From NCBI GenBank assembly GCA_020137815.1, contig CM035361.1, positions 1,178,001 through 1,242,000 of the forward strand: DNA of 64,000 nt. The letters are read 5' to 3'. Under the pieces are notes generated by a model that did no database searches, was not told the origin of the DNA, and worked only from the letters and a program-made list of their open reading frames with translations. The translations under genes were made by a program, and so were the position numbers. Origin of the DNA: Hormiphora californensis. Taxonomy: Eukaryota > Animalia > Ctenophora. Positions 1-56,600 of the stretch are shown here, one piece after another (the first letter of the stretch is position 1; each line of letters begins with the position of its first letter).

Positions 1-680
1 TCAGGACAGCCTCTAGGGATGTGTGTCGATCACTACCCATCCGACCATCATCATCATCACTCATTCTATAGATCGAGTTGGGTTAATTATTTAGATACCT
101 AGATAACTGGGTACCGTCCAGCGTCCTTACGAAAGTTATGAGGGCTCTGCAGTACGTTTGATTAAGTATCATCGCTTGGATTCTTTTTCATCTGGATTAT
201 TATATTGTACTTGTGAATTCACAACTTGGAATGATTCACACTATCTCAGAATATCGTATTATATCTGGGGAAGTTTAAAACATTGTCATGCACATTCCTG
301 GATTGAAGAGACATGTTGTTCGACATGCATCAGATATATGGGGCCTTAGAAATCTCGATATTATATCTTGATAGTTGATTGTCCTTTATTCTTGTCTTGT
401 ATTTTGGCCCAATACAAGTTTGGCCCGATATATGAAGCTACTTTCATAAACCCTTATTAAGAATCAGAGCTAACAGCCTTCTCACCAGTGAGTCCCTTTT
501 AGTGTTTTACGAGGCAGTGATTATGCCGTATTTAGAAATCAACCCACCTTCTCTCTGATATTTCTTTTCCTTACTTTACATACTTGCTTGAATTGTGTTC
601 ATACTATTTTATATGCAACTCAAATACCTGCCTAACTATATGGGCCCTACTCTTCTACATACGAACTGAAAAGAAGCAAG

Positions 681-1105
681 CAGGGCTGGCTCCAGGGGGG
701 TGATGCGGGGGGTGCACACCCCCCCAAAAATTCTTGGCAGCGAGGCTGCCAAGACTGTCTGAGACCATTTGGATTGGGAAACCACCCCAAAAATACATAA
801 TTTTCAGTAAAATGTTTGACTGATCACAACCGAACTTTAATCACCTAGTGAACATCACTGAGTGATAGAGAGAGAGAGAGCATTGTAGCATTCATAAATC
901 TAGAAAGTAGACGTCACAAATGATTAAAAACCCTAAAATTTGATTGATTTAGTTAAAAAATTTCCGGGGGCTTCGCCCCCCCCCCCCCCCTGGGCGGAGC
1001 TCCCTACGCGCCCTTCGGGCGCTCTGGTCGCAAATGCTACTATTAGGGAACAGTGGCCTCGGGCCACTGCACCCCCCCAGAAATATCGGGCTGGAGCCAG
1101 CCCTG
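681..1105. mobile_element. Non-autonomous hAT-like MITE
   Basis: 15-bp TIR CAGGGCTGGCTCCAG...CTGGAGCCAGCCCTG; 8-bp TSD GAAGCAAG at 673-680 and 1106-1113. Confidence 0.88.
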
Positions 1106-2600
1106 GAAGCAAGGCAGGAATAGTTCTGAAGCGATTGCAATTGTTAGGCAAGGCAACAAATAATACGACCTTCCTTTAGAGTGGTTTACACTACTAACTA
1201 AAACAGTAAAAACGGGGTACTACACAAACTATCACGAATGTTTACAAAAGCTAAGCAAAAAAACTGTATGAGCAGTCACTAATAGATAACTGTAAGAACT
1301 GGTTACTAAGGAATGGTTACTATGGAAACTAAAAAGGCAACAACTCATACCGTTTGACGAATGGATGTGACAGATTGTAAACTAGCGGCTCCACTCTCCA
1401 TTCTCTAATCACACCACCACCTCAGCTCTGCTGCACAGCGCCTCTAATTCAATTGGATGTCTTGTGACGAAGGAGGTTCCTGCTCTTCTGACGTAGTTTT
1501 CGGTGTTTTATTGACCTTGCTATGGCTATAAAAGGTGTGGGGAGTGTCACGGATTATATTCTAGCTGTGAATTTCCAGTGAAAACAAATCAAAAACACAA
1601 GAGTCACGTAAATGATTGTCAGAGAGAGAGAGATGGGGACAAGAGGGAAGTGCAGTTTTCGTTGTATGATAACACGGTGTATAGTTACTCTTGGTAAAGT
1701 CAGGTGATGGGCTGGAATTTGGAAGGGAAGCAAGATTTTGGGAGGGGGGTCTCGGATTACAACAAGTTTATCATCGTGACTTTAAAATGTATCATAATAT
1801 ATTCGGGCAATATTTCGTTCTAGAAACAATATATAAGAAAATTTTGCTTTTTCGTCACCACATTCCTCAACAAAACGTCGATGAAACAGCCTAGCCTGGT
1901 ATTATATTGTCCGCCATGGCTTGAAGAATCAACTGATGAACAGTTTTAAAATTGCCCCAGTTTCCTAAAATTAGAGAATATATACTTCAGCTAATGTTAC
2001 TTAGTCTGAAGTCTGAACTGTAATTTACAAGATCCTTTACCACCAACATGAGTGCAGAAAGGGGGAAGGTTTGGGAGAACCATGGAGCCCTAAGTTGTGT
2101 TATCTCAAACCCCCTCCCTCTCAGCTCCATGGTCTATGAAACCTTGTGTTATCTTCTTTATCTCCGGTGTAATAATCTCTGCATAATATGGGGGGGGGGG
2201 GAGGAAAACAGAGGAGAGACAGAGAGATGTGACGCACGTTATTGCTACAGATATATGTTTTATATTAGTGCTTTGCAAATTAAACGGTTTTCAATTGTTG
2301 AAAGCCATTATTATTTTAGTTTTGTTGTACTAGAAAATGTGATTTATCTTCGAGGATATATGATTAGAATAAAACTGTCAGAGTCAGATAGTAAGATCAT
2401 TCTGAAATTTCGTAATAAGTCGTATTTCGTTCACGCATGGGTGACTTGATTACCTACACTTTCGGTTTTTAATTTCCAGATTATTCTTGCCAGTTGCCTT
2501 TATCTATTTATCCGTTCCTCTTCTATAACTACCCGAGTCTGGTAACCAGACAATTATACTATTTCCCTAATCCATGATATTAATTCCTGTCTAGCAAGTC

Positions 2601-48550
<45,950 letters not shown>

Positions 48551-49707
48551 TATATGACGTCACGAGATGACGTCACAACGTGGGACTTCTCTACGACATC
48601 ACCATAGCAACGTCATGACATCAGAGACTAATATCATGTCACCAGCTGACTATAATAATTTGAGGGTTTCAAGAGAGAGGATAATTTGTTGACGAACACT
48701 ATTATAATTCTTGTGCAGAAAAAGACTTTTGATGTTTTTATGTTTATCATTAGATTGGTTGTCCTAGTAGGACTCCTACAGATTTATAATTGGTGAGAGA
48801 GAAAAAGAAACATTATAATGATTGAGTCATGTGTGATATAGGAGTTGATATATTAGTTCAGTCTCAGTTCACAGATCTATTAAATTATTGAAACAGGTTA
48901 AAACTTGCATCAGTTTCATGCTTTTTTCATCATTTCCCCGATTTATTATCACATGAAAACAGAGTGACAGCAGTTAGATCAATGTGTAGAGAGAGAGTGC
49001 TGAAAAAGTGCAGCGATTTATTTTTTGATATCATGTACACATATTATTATGTTTTGTGCCATTTTAGTTTTAAGCTAAATAAATCCACCTTGTTTAAGTT
49101 TGTAATTTGGAAATGGAAAGGTGAAATCTCGGGTGGAGATCGTGGATGTCTGGTGGCGCCCGACCCAATCTGAGAATTAAGACAATTGACGTGACGTCAC
49201 TGACGTCTGAAGTTTATCTTCCCATGGAGACTGAGTCTCTGGCAAGGTGTCGGGCATTGCAAGACACCGTTTGATTCTCAAAACAGTGCGCTAAGATTGG
49301 GTCGGTGCAGCAGCTAGACGGCCTAGCCGGCTAAGAAATCTGCAGAAATTCGTCTGATCCGATTTGGCCGTGTAGTGAGCGCTCTGTCGCATTTGAAGAA
49401 TCAAAACGGGTTTGGCACCGCGGCGACAAATCAAACTGGGATATTGTCCCAGTCCACCGTGACCTCGGATCCGTTTGACGCGACAGTACGCTCAAATCGG
49501 TTCGGTGCTGTATGGCGGCGCCATACCCCAATTTGATTCTCACTTCTCAGATGGGGTCGCAGCGCCAGATCTGGCCAGACAGGTTCGGTGTGGCTTGGTG
49601 ACATAGACACCTCATGGTGCGAACTCCCGTTCGGGGGGTCGCGACAGGTGTCTATGTCAACAACGGTGTGGCCAGATGCAACAATGATATCGGCACCCTT
49701 GGGTGGC

Positions 49708-50287
49708 GGTGTGCGGACTCTAGTGCTACACTCTAAGTCTACAGTGGACTCTATATCTAAATTTAGACTTAGATAAAGAGTCCAAATAAGTCTAAACTCT
49801 AGGAGGACTCTATCTCTAAAAAGTCTAAACAGGGCGGACTCTTTATCTAAAAAGTCTACAAAGAGCGGACTCTATATCTACATAAATCTAAATTAGACAT
49901 GGAGTCCGCCATTCTCAGCGAACTCGAGATTTCGGCCGTTAGGCCGGAAACGAGAGTTTGCTGTACCTCTATACTAATTGAGAAGTGTTAGGGCCATTAT
50001 TTGGGTTCGAGGTTAGGGTTAGGGTTAGGGTTAGGGTTAGGTTTTGGGTTGGTTTAGGATTTTAGACATAGAGTCCGGGTTGGGGGATTTGGCGCCAAAA
50101 TGTACCAGGGGACTCTATGTCTAAAAAGTCTACACAGTGCGGACTCTATATCTAAAAAGTCTACACTGGGCGGACTCTTTATCTAAATTTTTTTCAAAGT
50201 CTAACTGTAGATAAAGAGTCCGCTTTTAGATATAGAGTCCGCCTTGAATTTAGATAAAGAGTCCGTTAGCACTAGAGTCCGCCCACC
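49708..50287. mobile_element. 580-bp MITE with 9-bp TSD, subterminal GGACTCT repeats and an internal (TTAGGG)n tract
   Basis: TIR GGTGTGCGGACTCTAGTGCTA...TAGCACTAGAGTCCGCCCACC; TSD TTGGGTGGC at 49699-49707 and 50288-50296; TTAGGG x4+ at 50013-50041. Confidence 0.85.
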
Positions 50288-50644
50288 TTGGGTGGCTTGG
50301 TCACTCGTCAGTCCCATGGGGTGGCCTGGGTGGCTTTGGGTGACTGTATGTCACTCTGTCAGCTCCGACCCGATCTGTCAATCTGAGAACCAAAACGCGG
50401 TCCGGCACCGTCAGACAGAATTGATACAAATGGGTTTTCCAGAACGGTTAAAAACTGACAAGTGACAGGTTAAAAAGGATTTTATAAACATATGTGCTAT
50501 AAATTCGGCCCAAAAATGTCTCAAAGCATGTAAATATTTCGGTAAATATTCCAGTTCTTTTTCTTCTAGACAAGAGTTTCTTCAAAAATAAGTGTAACTA
50601 CGTGTCTACGTCTATCGGCGAAGTGGAGGTTTACAAACGGAAGG

Positions 50645-53600
50645 TTAATAAACGAGGGTATCTTCCCCAGCAAAAGCCCCATTAAAAGGTTGTCCGTGAC
50701 CAAGGTCTATGATGGTAGCCTGGGTGTCCGGGACGTCTGGACAGTGCATCTCACTCCTCCATACGTCATCAACTGGAATTCCTGTTAGAAATATAATGTA
50801 GTGTGAATCGAGAATTGCTTCATAAAGCTTCAATGTACAAGATGTTGTCACAGGCTACTGCACTAAGTTATACCATTGAAGTGCGCAACGCTGCGAGTTA
50901 GACTTAGGGCAGCAGCCTAGTTAGAAGGTTACTCGTCTGGACTCTGGAGTCGTAACCCTATAACAAATAACTATTTGATAGAATCGTATTTAGTTAGGTC
51001 TGCAGCCTAGTTAAACAATAAACTACTGCTACTCTACTACTGGCTACTGCTGTCCTAATTATTCAGTACGATTCTATTAAATAGTTAAGTCTCTAGTATT
51101 ATATAACTCACCCAGGTTGAGGCAGTGTTGGGCGTAAGCACTTCCCGTACTACAGGATACCGGATAACCATTGCCATACATTCGGAGAGAACAAAAATCT
51201 GAAGGAATTTATTTTGTCATGCTAGTAGCAGTCTGCCGTGCTAGCTGTAGCAGTCTGCCGTTTTGACTTGCCGGCTTCGGCTTGGTTACGAAGTCACTCC
51301 TATTAGGTTGTCCAGTAAATATTTTCGTTTGGCTTTTATTGGGAAAATGGTTTGAGATAGAGCAAAATGGACTTCACCACAGTTTTTCTCACGCGATTTT
51401 GGATCGGAATATCATGCCTGATATCGGTATTTGGCTGTTCTCGGTTCCCACCAGGCTATTTACTCTACACCACTCTTGATGCTGCTGCATATGAAAAATC
51501 GCGATTTTCGAGTTTTAGCACTAAAGCTGCTGTACTTCCTAAAAATGGTACCTGAGTGATGTTTTGTTGCATCAAGCTTGTTCATTGGACAATTATCTAT
51601 CGTTTAAGATGCAATAAAAGAATCTATCTTTATTTTGTCACTGAGCAATGGGCCTCCAAAAAGTTTTGGTCAAAATTAGAAACTTTCACTTCCGGGTCTC
51701 ACCAGGATTGGCTCATAATCAAAAACTCTGCAGTAAAAGATAGTTCTAAGTCAGTTCTACGACGTAGTGAACCCAATTATGTGATTGGTTGACTTAAAAA
51801 GTGAGTTATTGACGTTTTCGAACACACCCGTAAAACAGGCCAGATTTTTTGCGCTTTTTCGATTTTTGATTTTAAATTTACTGTTCTAGTGGTTACTATC
51901 GAACGCGTAGAGACCCAAATCGCGTATACGTTTTATCCTTGGACGATTTGCTATCGATTAAGCACCATTGGAGCTAAAAATACTGTACCAGTTTTCTTAG
52001 GGAAGCGTTTAAAAAACTTTGGTGACCCCGTGCAGCGGCAACAACAGTGGGGTAGAGAAAATAGCTTGCTGGCACCCCAGAAAAACTATATACCGATATC
52101 AGGCATGATATTCCGATCCAAAATCGCGTGAAAAAACTGTGGTGAAGTCCATTTTGCTCTATCTCAAACCATTTTCCTAATAAACACCAAACGAAAATAT
52201 TTACTGGACAACCTAATATTAGTATTATTGTGAGCTTGAAAAGAGGGCGAGGGGTCATTTTCTGATTGTGCGATTTTGTTTTCTCGAATTCTTTGTACTC
52301 AAAGTTATGGAATCTCTTTGAGGAGATCGGGTAAAATCGAAACCACCGTGATTCTACTAGTTTATATACCTGAGAGACAGGCTTCATAGTATGTGTTCAG
52401 ATTTACAACTCCGTGACATTTAAATAGTTCTTGGTTATCGACCAGCACCTGACAAGCCTCCCTTGCAGCATCGTTTAGCCTGGCGGGGAAGTGCAGTTTA
52501 ATTTGAATTGAACTATATCTCTTCATTGGTCACATTATCCGTGAGCTCGTGCGGAGGGGTATTTTTACTACCAAATCTCTTGAAGAGCCTATTATAATAA
52601 TCATATTAGAGCACTGTCAGGCCAATGCTCTGACCACAGTTCTCGCGCGTTGAGAGAAATGAGAATAGGGTCAGGCCAATGCTCTGACAGTTAGAGCAGC
52701 GATCTATGCAATGTCTCGCGGAAAACACTGTCATGGTGTGATGCCCGAATAATACTTTCCCCGCTCCGCAAGAAAGTGTCAGTACGATATATGTTGACTG
52801 AGGAACAGAAATCGGACCACAGCAAATGTGGTACCATTTCTACCTGTCTACTATCAGTGTGACTGCGAGGTGTTAATGGATCCGATCCATTAACACCTCG
52901 CAATTATTGGATCGCTGTACAGAAACTGGCAGTAGCGTATAAGTTCCGTATTATATATTGTCCAACATATTTTATTCATTTGTCCACGGTTGACATAAAG
53001 TTGACAGAAACAACCCGAGTGCCATGAAGTATGGGTCACCACACACCAAAGTTAAAATTAAAATTAAAATTTTGATTTTAAACCCGCACACACCAGCGGC
53101 CGTTAAAATTTCTCTCCCCCATTCTAAAAGTAACAAACTCGCGCGCGATTTTAACGGCGTGTTAAAATTTTGTCATCCAACGCGACCGTCAAAATCGTGT
53201 GTGAGATTGTTACTTTTAGAATGGGGAGAGAAATTTTAACGGCCGCAGGTGTGTGCGGGTTTAAAATCAAAATTTTAATTTTAATTTTAACTTCGGTGTG
53301 TGGTGACCCTATCAAATCAAAGAGGGGTGATGGGGGGAGTACAATTTTATTTTATTTAATTTTCTCGTTAATGTTTCAGTTTAGTTGAACTTTAAGTACC
53401 CTGTCAGTGTCAAAGGTTGAAAGGTTTAAATTAAAAACTTCAATATGTTAACCCGTTTGACATTCGCTGGTTTAAAAGTACAGTCGGACCCCGATTTAGG
53501 ACCCCCCGATTTAGTGGCACCCCGATTTAGGGACAGGATTTTTTCCCCCGATATAGGAAATTAACCTTATTTGACCCCGATTTAGTGGACACCCCGATTT

Positions 53601-56600
53601 AGTGGACAAGAGCCATTCCCCCCGAGGGTGTCCCTAAATCGGGGTCCGACTGTAGAAAGAAGGCATAGAATTTAGATCAATAGATCAACTCGAATTTCTT
53701 TTTATTTGTTGAGACTGAGAGTGACTTCAAAAAAAACTATTTTTGAGGGGATTTAATCTTTCCGGTTAAATCTTTTTGTACACACACAAATCTCTTTGAT
53801 TAGTGTTTCTTTGTGGATAGTACAGGGTGTCCCACTGTCTTTGCGTGACCTGTGATTTTGGGTGATGAGTGGGTTCCATTCAAATGCTAATAACTCATCG
53901 AAAAATAGGTCAAAACGGCCCATCCAAAAACCGTGTTGTTTAGAATTGTCAGGCGAACATTTGGGTACAAGATTAATGTTCCAAGTCTTACCAATCGTCA
54001 GATATATCGTCCTAAAGTCAAAATTACGTGTTCATGAAATCCGACCGGGGTTCACGTTTTTAAAAATTCACAAATGCAAAGTTGCTCGGATCACATTGCA
54101 TGCCTCATAAGAGTTGTAGGAAATTGTCTGGCGGTCATTTTGGTACCCGAGTTTTTGTCCTAGCTCAATGTTTAGGGTGTCTTATGACTGTCTAAAGACG
54201 AAATTCAACCAACATTTTTGAGGGGATCACGTGTCATCACCAAGTGGGTAAAATGAGTTGAAATTTATATGAGCTTGATTGGAATCGTTCAAGGTTCATT
54301 TTGATACCATGATTTTTTCCTTAGCTCTACGTTTTAGTTGCGTTATGACTGTAGGAGCATGAAGATTTTTCTATGCTAAGTCTTAGTTGGTATCGGCTCA
54401 CAACCCCTAATTAGGTGGCTTGGTGTCGTGTGTAATCCCATGATAATCAGCACATATCGTCTCAATTTCATCTAGACACTTGACAGGGTTGTTATGACGA
54501 TTTGGCAAGGCCCCTGTTAATGTGTAGGATACACAAGTGGTCTATCTCAACCCTATCATGCACTAAGATGTTATTCAGGCAGCAATGCGCTTCATAACAA
54601 GGCAAAATGCAATGCGATACCTGAGAGCACTTTTGGGAAAATTCCAGTTCTGACAGTCATAAGACACCTTAAACATTGAGCTAGGACAAAAACACGGGTA
54701 CCAAAATGACCGCCAGACAATTTCCTACAACTCTTATCAGGCATGCAATGTGATCCGAGCAACTTTGCATTTGTGAATTTTTAAAAACGTGAACCCCGGT
54801 CGGATTTCATGAACACGTAATTTTGACTTTAGGACGATATATCTGACGATTGGTAAGACTTGGAACATTAATCTTGTACCCAAATGTTCGCCTGACAATT
54901 CTAAACAACACTGTTTTTGGATGGGCCGTTTTGACCTATTTTTCGATGAGTTATGAGCATTTGAATGGAACCCACTCATCACCCAAAATCACAGGTCACG
55001 CAAAGACAGTGGGACACCCTGTATATTGTCTGGAGGCGCCGCGTCAAACAATTTGCAGATCGGGCCGACGCCGCCAGACTGCTAGTTAAGTCAATAGGTC
55101 TTCGTAGGGAACTCTCCCTCGAGGACGGTCATTACGCAAAACAACTGTCTTGAAAATAAAGACACAAAAGACTTTTGGCAAACTATAGTGCGTGTATGGC
55201 GCTGACAGGCCGTCCACTCTAATTATAGCTTGATACTTGCCTTAATGCATTCACCTAAACCCTCTAGCTCACTGTGCGCCCCGATTAGAGCATAACAAGT
55301 GATGACTGATGTTGATTGTTTGCCATGCCATGCAATCTATCTTTCCGCCCGGTGTAACAGCCGATCCAAACTTAAGTTGCCATTACCATTTACCACCTAT
55401 TCTCGCTTCGTGGGATCGATCTCTGTCGCGTGCGACGTCGATCTCATACAGGTGTCCATGTCACCAACCGACAGACTGAGAACATTTCAATTGCTTTTTG
55501 TACCTGTAATCGTTTCCACAGGGTAGAAGTCTGTCACTTATGATGGTAGTAGGCTGGGGACAATGACCACCTCGATCTATCTTACTGTGAATTACTAGGG
55601 CAACAATTTCATCCTCGTATCCTTCAACGTCGTTACCTGAGGTTGTTTTTTAGAGATGGTAACCATGGTAACCATTGGTTTAGGTAACCATGGTAACGAA
55701 AAGGAGCAATGAATAACCCATGGTAATTCATACAGGATCGTGGTAACAAAACTGTTTGTAATCGTCCCTTCCTCGCAATTATAAACGCCACCTGTTATGT
55801 TAGTGTATCTATATGGGAATTATATGCTGCAGGACGTGTTTCAAAGAAGCACTAATAAAGACGTGTAGTTGCCTTCCTATCGTGTTGTAACGGGTGCAAG
55901 ACAAATTTGATACAATTTGTCAGATTCTCCACAAACTCGGGAAATGGCTTGTTGAGTAACGGCCCTTGCTCAGCAAGAAATGGCCGAATTTGTCAGGCAC
56001 TGACTTGCAGTCAGTGACTACATCGTGCACACACTACACTACGCGGACTCACGTAGCCGTTATATCGAGCCTTCGGCCCGGTGCGGAGAGGACGGTTTTA
56101 TATTAGACAAGACCGAATTTAACTGTTGTCCATGGTTTCATGTTGTGATGTGGATCAATATCCGACAAGGCCGGGGGTTTGGACCACTCTTTTAGTGAGG
56201 TTCACATATTTTACCTGTAGTTTTGATAAATGTTGCGTATTGAATTATTTTACATATTATACAAGCTTCTAAATATGATAATATTGCCCCATGGGGATCA
56301 CGCGTGATCCCCATGGGGCCAGTTTAACAATCGTCAAAATTGCGATTCGATGGGCCTCATGGGGATCACATAACTGTTCTTTTAGAACCGTCTAATTACC
56401 GGCAAGACATGCAATAAGATGTACCGATTCGAAACACGATTCGGATGTGGTTGATACACATATGAAAAATTTAAAAAAAATTTTTTGGGGGAAATTTATC
56501 CTGCCGTTAAATCGAGGTGGTGCCGTTAAATCGGGGTCCGACTGTACTATAGCTTCTGAATATGATAATATTTATTATTCAAAGTTAGCTTGATGGCTAT

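Noticed and set aside
1-460. Possible last exons of an upstream gene (YLDNWVPSSVLTKVMRAL; ORF 158..349)
   Set aside because: No recognisable domain, and the frame cannot be fixed from this window.
50013-50041. Chromosome end or telomere fusion
   Set aside because: There are only 4-5 units, and they sit inside a TSD-bounded MITE.
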